Positions 47,343 to 56,622 of a stretch of 64,000 nt of DNA are shown here, in pieces. The translations under genes and the position numbers were made by a program. Position 1 is the stretch's first letter, and every line of letters begins with the position of its first letter. Origin of the DNA: Deltaproteobacteria bacterium (GTDB lineage: Bacteria > Myxococcota_A > UBA9160 > SMWR01); NCBI GenBank assembly GCA_032128115.1, contig JAQBHB010000031.1:1-64000 (forward strand). The letters are read 5' to 3'. Below the pieces are notes generated by a model. That model saw nothing but the letters and a program-made list of their open reading frames with translations. It did not search any database and was not told the origin of the DNA.

Positions 47343-48413
47343 GTGCCGACCTGGAGTTCCTGGGGCCCCTGGAGCCAATGGCTATTCGCCGTTGCGGCAG
47401 GCCCCGGGAGCCAATGGCTATTCGCCGTTGCGGCAGGCCCCGGGCTGTGGCTCGCCGGGGCCATTTTCTTCGACTTCGTACACTGGGTCCTGCACCGAAT
47501 GCTGCGCTCGCGCGGGTCGCTGCTGCGAGCATTGGCGTGGCCCCACTCGGTGCACCATCACTGGATCGACCGCGAGCTCCGCGTGCGCTGGGAGTACCAG
47601 CGCCGGAACATCTGGTGTCACATCGTGCCCGAGTACGCAACGCAGCTCGCCTTCACCGGAGCGCTCGCGTTCTGGCTTCCTCTTCCCTTCGTGGTGGTGC
47701 TGGCGGCGCTGCAAACGGCCGTCTTCGTCGGGATCCTCCGGGCGGGCGGGCTCGACATCAACCACCGTCCCGTCGAGATCCTCGACGCCTACCGACCCGG
47801 ATTCCTGACCCCTCCCGCCTATCACGCACTCCACCACGTGCACCCCGACGCCTACTTCAGCGCCTACACGAAGCTCGTGGACATGTTGGTAGGGAGCGCA
47901 TTCCCGTTTCGCGAACGCCGCTTCGCGTTGCGCGGCGACAGCGCGTTCGGCCGGGCCCTGCGCCGGGAGCTGACTCGTGAAGGTGTACACCTGGAGGACG
48001 CGGAGGCTTTGGGCGATCTGGACGTGCTGGTGCTGTGCGATCCCGACGAGCCGGTCGTTCCCCGGGTCGAGGCGCTCGCTGCCGCCACTCGCCAACGCAA
48101 GCTGCCCCCAGAGGTGTGGGCCGTTCACACGCGGGCGAACGCGGCAACGGCCCGCCACTACTTCCAGGATGTCCGAGTGGGTTATCGATCGATCCTGGTG
48201 CCGGACCCGGAGGCACCCGACGGGGCGGAGTCGGCGGCGCGAACCGCCCTCTTCTTCATCCGACGCGGCTTCCACCTGGTTTCGACGCAATGGAGTCCCC
48301 GGATGCTCGGCGACTTCCTGCGCTTCCGCTTCACTCGCCCGGTTCGACCCGAGCTGGCCCCGCAGGCGCCCCACCGGGCCGACCTGGCCGACGCCGCCCC
48401 GATCGGGGGGTGA
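47343..48413 (+). CDS. fatty-acid hydroxylase / sterol-desaturase family protein with C-terminal extension
   Basis: His boxes HWVLH, HSVHHH, YHALHH; start uncertain. Confidence 0.75.
   Translation: MPTWSSWGPWSQWLFAVAAGPGSQWLFAVAAGPGLWLAGAIFFDFVHWVLHRMLRSRGSLLRALAWPHSVHHHWIDRELRVRWEYQRRNIWCHIVPEYATQLAFTGALAFWLPLPFVVVLAALQTAVFVGILRAGGLDINHRPVEILDAYRPGFLTPPAYHALHHVHPDAYFSAYTKLVDMLVGSAFPFRERRFALRGDSAFGRALRRELTREGVHLEDAEALGDLDVLVLCDPDEPVVPRVEALAAATRQRKLPPEVWAVHTRANAATARHYFQDVRVGYRSILVPDPEAPDGAESAARTALFFIRRGFHLVSTQWSPRMLGDFLRFRFTRPVRPELAPQAPHRADLADAAPIGG
47371..47442. repeat. perfect 36-bp in-frame tandem duplication
   Basis: GGAGCCAATGGCTATTCGCCGTTGCGGCAGGCCCCG x2 (SQWLFAVAAGPG x2). Confidence 0.95.
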
Positions 48414-48422
48414 ACCGGGGAC

Positions 48423-49517
48423 TCACTCCAGGCTGCGCACGAAGGTCGCCAGCACCCGAGCGAATTTCTGGTTTCCGCCGGCCGAGAAGTGGCCCACGTC
48501 CACGAAATCATCCGGCTCGAAGTGGGTCTCGAGCACGCTCGTCACCACGTCCGCGCTCTCCCGACGGGCGGTCTCCACCAGGATCCGGTTGAAGGCCTCC
48601 ACCACGCGCTGGAGATCCCGGTCGGCGATGGTGGGCGTCCAATCGTTCGCGGAGCTGCCGACGGCTGCCGAATTGAAGAGCTGGGGGACCAGAATCGGAC
48701 GGATCCCCTGCTGGCGACAGAGCGCGATGATCGACTCCAGATTGCGCCGGTAGAGCGAGAGCACGCGGACGTCCAGCTTGCGGCGAAGGCTCTCTCGATT
48801 CACCGCGAACTGCACGCGCCCGGTTGCGTCGAGCACCAGAACGGTCTCCACGAAGCGTTTGGCGTAGAAGAGCAGGGCCGATCGATTGCCAACTCGCAGG
48901 TTGAACAGACCGAGCGCCCCGTGCAGGTAGGGCGCGTGGAAGTTGGCGTAATCGGGCGCGATGCCCGCCACATGGCTGTTGCGCAGATCGTTCCACCCCA
49001 CGAAGTAGATGGCCATGGCGGGCGCGAGATCCGACAGATGAAAGGCGGTCTGGATCACGTGCTCCACCGTCGAGTAGCCGGGCACGCCCAGGTTGATCAC
49101 CTGATAGCCGGGGCCCAGATCGCGGCCCAGCTGGGCCGGCCAGGTAGCATCGTCCGAAACGTTGACGGCGTAGGTGGTCGAGCCCCCGATGGCCACGATC
49201 CGCACCACTCCGGGGCCGCCGGCGACGACCGGCCCCCGGTGCCCGTGAGCGTCGTGGCTGACGTGGACCTCGCCCAGGGTGCGGGAGAAGTCGGGCGTGG
49301 GAACCCCCACCAGGTAGGGGTGTTTCTGGAAGGCCCCGTGGATCTGGTCACCCGGGAACGTCATCAGGCGCCAGCTGTCCCGCTCCAGGCGGTACACGAT
49401 CTGGGCGGTTGTCTCGGCAAGAAGCGCCGCGAGCCCGAACAGAAAGATGGGGTAGAAGATCTCGAGCAATATCCGGCGGCGCTTCAGACGCGGCGACACG
49501 CTCGCATCTTGACCCAT
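48423..49517 (-). CDS. SGNH/GDSL hydrolase, membrane-anchored
   Basis: GGST, NLGVPG, GWND, DVGH. Confidence 0.87.
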   Translation of the reverse strand: MGQDASVSPRLKRRRILLEIFYPIFLFGLAALLAETTAQIVYRLERDSWRLMTFPGDQIHGAFQKHPYLVGVPTPDFSRTLGEVHVSHDAHGHRGPVVAGGPGVVRIVAIGGSTTYAVNVSDDATWPAQLGRDLGPGYQVINLGVPGYSTVEHVIQTAFHLSDLAPAMAIYFVGWNDLRNSHVAGIAPDYANFHAPYLHGALGLFNLRVGNRSALLFYAKRFVETVLVLDATGRVQFAVNRESLRRKLDVRVLSLYRRNLESIIALCRQQGIRPILVPQLFNSAAVGSSANDWTPTIADRDLQRVVEAFNRILVETARRESADVVTSVLETHFEPDDFVDVGHFSAGGNQKFARVLATFVRSLE

Positions 49518-49545
49518 GGGGAGCCGGCGGCGCCAGCTGAGGCGT

Positions 49546-50250
49546 TCACCCGGCGGCGGGGCGCCCCAGGTATACGGAGTACTCGAAGCCGTCGGAGATC
49601 CGGAGCGTCGCGGATTCGAAGCCGTTCTCCCCCGACTGCACGTATTCGACGTACGGACGCAGGTCCTTCCTGAACGTGAAGATGTTGTCGGCCAGAACGA
49701 CAGCTCCCTGGCGAAGCCGGGGCGTCAGGAGCTTCAGTATCGGAAGGTAGAGATCCTTCCAACCGTCCAGCAGCACGAGGTCCACCGGCTCCGGAACGCT
49801 TGCCAGGGTTTCCACGGCGTCTCCGAGCCGAACGTCGACGAAAGGCTCGAGCCCCGCCTCCTTGAGGTTTGCCACGGCCTGGGCGTGCTTTCCGGGCTCG
49901 ATCTCGCTGCCCACCACGGTGCCGCCCCCGTTGTCCTTCACCGCCGCCGCCAGGTAGATCGTCGAGATTCCGAAGGAGGTGCCGTACTCCACCACATTGC
50001 GAGCGCCCGACTGGCGCGCCTGGAGGTAGAGAAGTCGACCCTGCTCCGGCGAGACCGGGATGTACATGTCGCGCATGGATTCGGGGGTGATGACGTCGAA
50101 GAATCCCCGTCCGCGCAGCTTCCCGGCGATGAGCCGGGGAGCCAGCGTCAGGAACTTGAGGCGATCCCCCTTGGCGGCCTGGTGAAGGCGCGCGAGCACC
50201 GCGGGAGCGGGCCCCGATCGCAGCGAACTCTGCGGGTGTTGGGTGTCCAT
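49546..50250 (-). CDS. O-methyltransferase (class I SAM)
   Basis: GGAGG RBS; VEYGTSFGIS, LLDGWK, ADN. Confidence 0.9.
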   Translation of the reverse strand: MDTQHPQSSLRSGPAPAVLARLHQAAKGDRLKFLTLAPRLIAGKLRGRGFFDVITPESMRDMYIPVSPEQGRLLYLQARQSGARNVVEYGTSFGISTIYLAAAVKDNGGGTVVGSEIEPGKHAQAVANLKEAGLEPFVDVRLGDAVETLASVPEPVDLVLLDGWKDLYLPILKLLTPRLRQGAVVLADNIFTFRKDLRPYVEYVQSGENGFESATLRISDGFEYSVYLGRPAAG

Positions 50251-50278
50251 CGGCTGCCTCCGGAAGCATACACAACAT

Positions 50279-51358
50279 TCACCCGCCGGGAGCCGAGGCA
50301 TCGACAGCGTCTCCGCGGCGGCGCAGATACTCGGAGAGGGCATAGCCGGCGATGGCATGGGCCCTCTCGTTGGGGTGGTGGTTCGAGGGATGCACCCACA
50401 GCGACTCCGCGTCGCGTCCTCGAAAGGCATCGAGCAGGTCCAGCGTGGGAATCCCCAGGCCCCGGGCGGCCGCTGCGATCTTCGCGTGGATTGCCGCAAG
50501 CGGGTAATCGTCCAGCTCCCACATGAGCGGAAAGATCACGAGCACCAGATCGAAGGCGTGCTTGCGACTGAGCTCCTTCTCCAGCGCGAGCGCCTGCTGG
50601 GCGCTCCTCCAGCCGGGGTGGTCGGGCTCGAAATTGGCGTGCATGTCCGCCACCCAGCTGCGATTGCGTTCCCGGTTGTCGAGGCGAACACGCAGATGAT
50701 CCACGAGCAGCGACCAGGGCTCCACGTCCGCCGGCACCCTGGGCAACGCCGCAAGCCCCTGCGGGCGCAGCCCGCGCGGCACCAACACCTCCGCATCGTT
50801 CAGGACGAAGAAGACCAGGACGAGATCCGGATCCAGGCCGAGGGCGTAGTGTTCCAGCAGTGCAGCTTCGTGGGCCGCGTTGAATCCCATGACGCCCAGA
50901 TTGATGACCTCGTAGCGGGGCGGAGATCTGCGATCCAATGCGGCCTGCAGGTGTGCCAGGAACAGATCCTCATCCCGCACGCCGGCTCCGAACGTGAACG
51001 AGTCTCCGAGCGCAACGATCCGGAAGGTGCCCCTGGGCTTCTCCCGTTCGAAGGCGGGGCCCCGCCAACCCTGGGCATTCGTGTGGTAGGTGATCGTGCC
51101 GTCATCTCCGAAGTAGCCGCGCGGGTCCGAAACGAATTCGTGGCGCACGCTTGCGTTGGGCTCGAGCAGGTAGGGAACACCCGGGATGGGCGACGAGGTC
51201 CGGAGGGCCTCGGGCACGCGCATGCGGTTGCGCAGCCAGGGGGCCCGCATGTCGAGAGGCACCGGGCCCACGAACAGACGAACCCCGAGCTCGGCAGCCA
51301 ACAATACGCCCGCGACCGAAGCGAGGGCCAGCAGGGCATTTGCGAGAACGCGCCTCAT
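50279..51358 (-). CDS. SGNH/GDSL hydrolase, membrane-anchored
   Basis: N-terminal TM; LGDSF, NLGVMG, VLND, HHPN; alternative start 51394. Confidence 0.87.
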   Translation of the reverse strand: MRRVLANALLALASVAGVLLAAELGVRLFVGPVPLDMRAPWLRNRMRVPEALRTSSPIPGVPYLLEPNASVRHEFVSDPRGYFGDDGTITYHTNAQGWRGPAFEREKPRGTFRIVALGDSFTFGAGVRDEDLFLAHLQAALDRRSPPRYEVINLGVMGFNAAHEAALLEHYALGLDPDLVLVFFVLNDAEVLVPRGLRPQGLAALPRVPADVEPWSLLVDHLRVRLDNRERNRSWVADMHANFEPDHPGWRSAQQALALEKELSRKHAFDLVLVIFPLMWELDDYPLAAIHAKIAAAARGLGIPTLDLLDAFRGRDAESLWVHPSNHHPNERAHAIAGYALSEYLRRRGDAVDASAPGG

Positions 51359-51410
51359 TCCGGCCCCTAATCTAGTGGTCCGAGGTTCGATCAACTAGCA
51401 TGCGCTCCCT

Positions 51411-52139
51411 ATGGCGCCGCTGCTCGCACCGCCCCTGCCGCCCGGATGCCCTTGGAGCGACTTCACGCCTCCGAACGTGGACTGGTGCGAAGCCGAGCTG
51501 TGTGCGTGGGTCACGAACCCCGCCAACACCTGGTCGAACGTGCTCTACGTCGTGATCGGCGTCGTCATGTGGCGCGAGGCGCGGCGGCGCCAGAGCCGTG
51601 CTCTTTCACTCTTTGGACCCGCGAGCATCGCGGCGGGCTTCTTCTCACTGATCTACCACGCGTCCTACACCTGGGTCCTGCAGTTTTTCGACTTCGTGGG
51701 CATGTTCCTGTTCTGCTTCGTCGTGCTCACGCTCAACGCCCGGCGGATGGGCTGGATCGCCCCAGAGCGGCAGACCGCTTTCTACATGGTGGGCGTGGCG
51801 CTCTTCAGTGGCCTGGTTCCCGTGCTGTTCAGCCAGGGGGTGCCGATCCAGGGACTCGTACTGTTCCTGATCCTGGCCATGGTCGGACAGGAGCTGGTGC
51901 TCAAGTCGCGCGCGAATCCGCCCCGCCCGGATTACCGACTCTGGTACGCGGCCCTCGCGGCGATCGGACTCGCCACCACCTTCTCCGTTCTCGACGTGAC
52001 CCGCATCTGGTGCAGCCCCGACAACCACTGGATCCAGGGCCACGCGATCTGGCACGTCCTGAGTGCGCTCAGTCTCTACGCGCTCTTCCACTTCTACGCG
52101 GGCCTGGACCTGGATCGCCACGGGTCCGCACGCGTGTGA
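51411..52139 (+). CDS. ceramidase-domain (CREST superfamily) membrane hydrolase
   Basis: DWCE...NTWSN, S..YHAS, D, H..WH Zn motifs; about 7 TM helices. Confidence 0.85.
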   Translation: MAPLLAPPLPPGCPWSDFTPPNVDWCEAELCAWVTNPANTWSNVLYVVIGVVMWREARRRQSRALSLFGPASIAAGFFSLIYHASYTWVLQFFDFVGMFLFCFVVLTLNARRMGWIAPERQTAFYMVGVALFSGLVPVLFSQGVPIQGLVLFLILAMVGQELVLKSRANPPRPDYRLWYAALAAIGLATTFSVLDVTRIWCSPDNHWIQGHAIWHVLSALSLYALFHFYAGLDLDRHGSARV

Positions 52140-52151
52140 GAGTCTGGCCCG

Positions 52152-53642
52152 GTGACGGCCCGCCCTCTCATCGCTTCCGCGCTCGCCAGCGTCCGCGACC
52201 ACTTCTCGGTCGACCTGCGAACGCTGGGCCTGTTCCGGATCGGGCTGGCCGCGGTGATTCTCGTCGACTTGTCCGATCGCAGCCACCAGATCCAGGCCCA
52301 CTACACCGATTTCGGAATCCTGCCCCGGGCAGCGCTGCGGCAGCTGGACACCCACCAGCTCTACTCGCTGCATTCGCTGGGGGGCAGCCTGGGCTTCGAG
52401 GCCGTGCTGTTCGGGATCGCGGCGGTGGCCGGCGTCGCCATGCTGCTCGGCTTGTACACGCGGCTCTCGACCATCGCCTCCCTGGTTCTGCTGATATCGA
52501 TCCAGAACCGCAACCCGCTGGTCAATCACGCGGGCGACGTGCTGCAACTGGCGCTGTTGTTGTGGGCGATGTTCCTGCCGCTGGGACGCTGCTACTCCCT
52601 GGATGCGCGGAAACGCCCGCTGCCGCCCGGCGAGATCCGCTACTTCTCGATCGCGAGCGTGGCGCTGCTGCTGCAGCCGCTCCTCCTCTACGGGGTCGCA
52701 GCGGTGTCCAAGGCCCAATCGGCCTCCTGGCACGAAGGGCGGGCGCTCCATGCGGTGCTCCACAAGGCCAGCTACGTGCGACCCCTGGGAGAGCTGGCAC
52801 TGGATGCGCCGACGCTGGTGCGCAGCCTCACGTATGCAACCCTGCTCGTCGAAGCCAGCGTCGTCGTATTCCTGCTCGTGACCTGGCGCCGGGACGTGTT
52901 CCGGATCGCCGCGTTCTCGATCAACCTGGGCTTCCAGGTCGGCATCTGGAGCGTCGTGAGCATCGGTGTGTTCCAACCGCTCGCGATCCTGTCCGTGTTT
53001 CCCTACCTGCCCGGAAGCGTGTGGGAGCGGATTCCCTGGCTCCGGATCCGCGTCCGGATCCGCGAAGGGGTCGCGGCAACTCCGGACCCGCCGCCAACAC
53101 CGCCCACCTGGCTGATCTCGTGTCGCGATGGCCTGGTGGGCGTTGTCCTTCTCTACATCATCGCCACGAATCTGGTGTCCGTCGCCCCCGACCGCCTGGC
53201 CATTCGCGAGCCCTTCAACCGCCTGGGGCGATACGCGATGGTCGACCAGCGTTGGCGGATGTTCGCGAATACCGACGAGACCCGGCAGGGGTGGTACGTG
53301 GTGGTCGGCTACCTGGCGGATGGACGAAGTGTCGATGCCCTGAATCTGCGCTCGCAGGTCTCCTACGACCGTCCCTCGCACTACGCTTCTACCCTGCCCA
53401 ACAACAACTGGCGAATCTACTGGAGCCGCATCAGCGGCGACCGCGTCAGCGCCTTCCGACCCTATCTGGCCGATTACTTCTGCCGCCGCTGGAACCAGGA
53501 ACCGCGCCCGGACGGATCGATACACGGGGTGGAGGTGATCCACATGAACGAGGTGGATACGGACCCGGACGTGGAGCCGCGGTCGACCCGCGTCTCCCTG
53601 GTGCGCCTGCGCTGCCAGGTCGACTCAGCACCTGCTTCATGA
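52152..53642 (+). CDS. HTTM-domain membrane protein
   Basis: DLRTLGLFRI, RNP...GD, FLPLG..YSLD, DQRWRMFA. Confidence 0.82.
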   Translation: MTARPLIASALASVRDHFSVDLRTLGLFRIGLAAVILVDLSDRSHQIQAHYTDFGILPRAALRQLDTHQLYSLHSLGGSLGFEAVLFGIAAVAGVAMLLGLYTRLSTIASLVLLISIQNRNPLVNHAGDVLQLALLLWAMFLPLGRCYSLDARKRPLPPGEIRYFSIASVALLLQPLLLYGVAAVSKAQSASWHEGRALHAVLHKASYVRPLGELALDAPTLVRSLTYATLLVEASVVVFLLVTWRRDVFRIAAFSINLGFQVGIWSVVSIGVFQPLAILSVFPYLPGSVWERIPWLRIRVRIREGVAATPDPPPTPPTWLISCRDGLVGVVLLYIIATNLVSVAPDRLAIREPFNRLGRYAMVDQRWRMFANTDETRQGWYVVVGYLADGRSVDALNLRSQVSYDRPSHYASTLPNNNWRIYWSRISGDRVSAFRPYLADYFCRRWNQEPRPDGSIHGVEVIHMNEVDTDPDVEPRSTRVSLVRLRCQVDSAPAS

Positions 53643-53745
53643 GCCCCTGGGCTCGAAGTCGCTGCGATGACCCCGGCCGCGCGAGGACCTTCTGTCGCGG
53701 GATCGAGTGCCGTAGAATCCGTTCCCCCACTTCCTGGAGACGGAG

Positions 53746-54723
53746 ATGCTGCGCAAGCAGTTCGCGATCGGCGTCGCATTCTTTCTCGGGCTGACGTCGC
53801 TGGTGCTGATCGCCGGGGAAGGACTCGTCCGACTCGCCTACCGGAACGTCACCACCACCTCCACCGCCGAGGGCTATTTCTCTCGCCGCTGGAAGCGTGA
53901 GCACCTGCAGCGCAACGACTCGGGCTTCCGCGAGCGGCAGGGCGGATTCCGATCGGACGGCGACCCGTACCGGATCGCCGTGGTGGGCGACTCGGTGACA
54001 TTCGGGCCTGGGATCGCAGTCGAGGAGCGATTCAGCGACCGGCTGCGTCTGGATCTCGAGACCAGCGGCGGGGCCTTCGACGTGCTGCAGTTCGCGCACC
54101 CCGGTGCCGAGCTGGACACCCACCTGGAAACCCTGACGCGCTTCGTGCTGGCCGCCGAGCCCGATTTCGTGCTGCTGCAGTGGTCCACCAACGACATCGC
54201 TCTCCCGAGACTCGGCATCCCGCGCCTGCCGCCGCTGCTGGCCGATGTGGAGGTCGCGGGCTGGCTGCGGCACCACTCGGCTCTCTACGACGTGGCGAAC
54301 CGGCGTTGGCGAGCGCTTCAGCTGCGCGGGGCCTGGCTCCCAGAGTACGAGCGCTTCATCCGCGGTCGTTATGGTGACCGCAACGGGCACGGGTGGCGAA
54401 CCGTGATGCGCTATCTGGATCGCTTCGTCGAGAGCTGCGAAGACTCGGGCATCGAGATGGGAATCGTGTTGTTTCCTGGCTTGACGCGCAGCCTGGGCGG
54501 CGAGTACGCGTCCGGATTCCTGCACGACCAGATGCTCCTGGAGTGCCAGGAGCGGGAAATCCCCTGTCTGGATCTACGCCCGACATTTGCGCCCTTTTCG
54601 GACCGGATCGAGGAGTTGTGGGTGAACGACTTCGACCACCACCCGGGCCCGCGAGCCCATCGCCTGGCCGCCGATCGCATCGCCGAGTTCTTCGATTTTC
54701 CCGGCCGCGCCGGCTCCGGTTGA
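53746..54723 (+). CDS. SGNH/GDSL hydrolase, membrane-anchored
   Basis: N-terminal TM; GDSV, TND, DHHP. Confidence 0.85.
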   Translation: MLRKQFAIGVAFFLGLTSLVLIAGEGLVRLAYRNVTTTSTAEGYFSRRWKREHLQRNDSGFRERQGGFRSDGDPYRIAVVGDSVTFGPGIAVEERFSDRLRLDLETSGGAFDVLQFAHPGAELDTHLETLTRFVLAAEPDFVLLQWSTNDIALPRLGIPRLPPLLADVEVAGWLRHHSALYDVANRRWRALQLRGAWLPEYERFIRGRYGDRNGHGWRTVMRYLDRFVESCEDSGIEMGIVLFPGLTRSLGGEYASGFLHDQMLLECQEREIPCLDLRPTFAPFSDRIEELWVNDFDHHPGPRAHRLAADRIAEFFDFPGRAGSG

Positions 54724-54908
54724 GATCCGGGCATCCGAAACGCGGCTCCACCGGAGCTCCCCCCGGTGGCCGATGCCGTATTCGAAGGGCTGGTCCGCGG
54801 GCTCGCCGGCGAGCCATGCCAGGAGCGCCACGGCGCACACCACCACCGCGAACAGCAGTGCCGTGATCATGAGAGTGCGACGCAACATCCGACGGGATTC
54901 GGAATTCA

Positions 54909-56573
54909 TCACATCTCGGCGCGGGTCAGCTGCTGCATCTCGGCGCGCAGCGCGCGGCGGACCTCGTCGAACCGGGGATCGCCCGCCAGGTTGGCCCATT
55001 CCTGGGGATCCGTCTCGTGGTCATACAGCTCTTCTTCGCCGTCGCTGTAGCGTGTGTAGCGCCAGCGACTGGAGCGCACCGAGAAGTGCTGATCCTGCGC
55101 CTGCGCCGCGGTGTTGACGGGCACCGGCGTGGGCCCGAAGAGCGCCGTAAGCGCCACCGACGGGCCCTCCCAGCTGCCTCCCGCCGGATCTTCGAGCAGC
55201 GGCCGCAGGCTGTGGCCGTCCGGCGCCAGCGCCTTGCGACGTGGGTCCGGTCCGTCGACGAGGTTGCACAGATCGACGAGCGTCGGGAACACGTCGATCA
55301 GACTCACCGGATGGTCGCAGCGGCCTCCGGCCCGCGAAACACCGGGCGCGATGATCGCAAGCGGGATGCGAGTCGATTCCTCCCAGAGCGTCCGCTTGTG
55401 CAGATGGTCCTTCTCTCCCATGTGCTGCCCGTGATCGCTGGAAAAGACGACAATCGTGTTCCCGGCGTGGCCGCTGGCATCGAGCGCCCCGAGGATCGCG
55501 CCCACCTGATCATCGACGAATGCGACGCAGGCCAGATACGCCTGCAGCCAACGTTTCCAGAGATCGACTCCTCCCGCCCTCAGAAGCCGGGGAAGACCGC
55601 GCGCCGCGGGCGTCCGCTCGCCGGTCTTGTCCCGCTGCCACTGGATCACCGGGACGTCGTCCAGATCCCCCTTGCGATAGGGCGGCAACTGGATTTCCGA
55701 CAGGGGAAAGCGGTCGAAGTACTTCTTCGGCGCATACAGGGGAAGGTGGGGGCGGTGGAGCCCGACGGAGAGGAAGAAGGGGCGATCCCGGGCCTCCTGG
55801 AACTGCTCGGCCGCCCAGGCTGCGCTGAGCTCATCGGGCATGAGGTCGCGGTCGCCCTCGCCGGCGTAGTGAAAGGGCTGGCCATAGAGCATCCAGCCCG
55901 TGTAGCCGGGCGTCCCCTTCTTCGGATCGGGCGGCGTATTCGGAACCATCGAGAGCGGGCCGAAGCCCTGGAAGGCGGCCGGCCGCAGATCCGCTGGCAT
56001 CGCCGGGTGCGGAGCCGGCACCGTGCGGCCGTCGGCAGAACGGGACCGGCCGTCCCAGGGGTAGGGACCAAAGCTCGGCGCGTGGCCGTAGCCGGCGCGC
56101 CCATCCGCCCGGCGGAACTGGTCCCGGTCTTCACGGCTGTGGTGGAAGACCTTGCCCGTGCCCAGAACGTCGTAGCCGTTGTCGGCGAAGCGCTGCATCA
56201 GGGTCGGCTGCGTCCCGAGGCCCGGAAACATGCGCCAGTAGTTCTCGCCCTGGCTCTGCCCGTAGTAACCCGTCGTGGATGGGTAGAGCCCGGTCCAGAG
56301 GCTCACCCGCGATGGGGCGCACAGGGGGGCATTGGCATGGGCGTTGCCGAATGTGACTCCCCGCTGCATCAACGCTCGGATGTGGGGGGTGCGCGCCTGG
56401 GGATGTCCCCCCATACCTTCGAGGGAGTCGTTCAGGTCGTCGCAGAGGATCAGCACGACATTGGGGAATCGGCGATCGGAGCAGGCGAGTCCCGAAGCCC
56501 CCATCCAACCCGTCGTTCCCCACAATGCGTAGCGAAGCAGGCTTCGGCGTGAGAGTTCGAACGGGTGAACCAC
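54909..56573 (-). CDS. Tat-exported formylglycine sulfatase (iduronate/choline-sulfatase-like)
   Basis: SRRSLL twin-Arg; CDDLN, CAPSR, GKVFH, RPHLP, SDHG, K..LWE. Confidence 0.92.
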   Translation of the reverse strand: MVHPFELSRRSLLRYALWGTTGWMGASGLACSDRRFPNVVLILCDDLNDSLEGMGGHPQARTPHIRALMQRGVTFGNAHANAPLCAPSRVSLWTGLYPSTTGYYGQSQGENYWRMFPGLGTQPTLMQRFADNGYDVLGTGKVFHHSREDRDQFRRADGRAGYGHAPSFGPYPWDGRSRSADGRTVPAPHPAMPADLRPAAFQGFGPLSMVPNTPPDPKKGTPGYTGWMLYGQPFHYAGEGDRDLMPDELSAAWAAEQFQEARDRPFFLSVGLHRPHLPLYAPKKYFDRFPLSEIQLPPYRKGDLDDVPVIQWQRDKTGERTPAARGLPRLLRAGGVDLWKRWLQAYLACVAFVDDQVGAILGALDASGHAGNTIVVFSSDHGQHMGEKDHLHKRTLWEESTRIPLAIIAPGVSRAGGRCDHPVSLIDVFPTLVDLCNLVDGPDPRRKALAPDGHSLRPLLEDPAGGSWEGPSVALTALFGPTPVPVNTAAQAQDQHFSVRSSRWRYTRYSDGEEELYDHETDPQEWANLAGDPRFDEVRRALRAEMQQLTRAEM

Positions 56574-56622
56574 GGGCCGTATCCTGCCACGCCGTCCGAG
56601 CCGGCGCGAAAATGGCCGAGGA

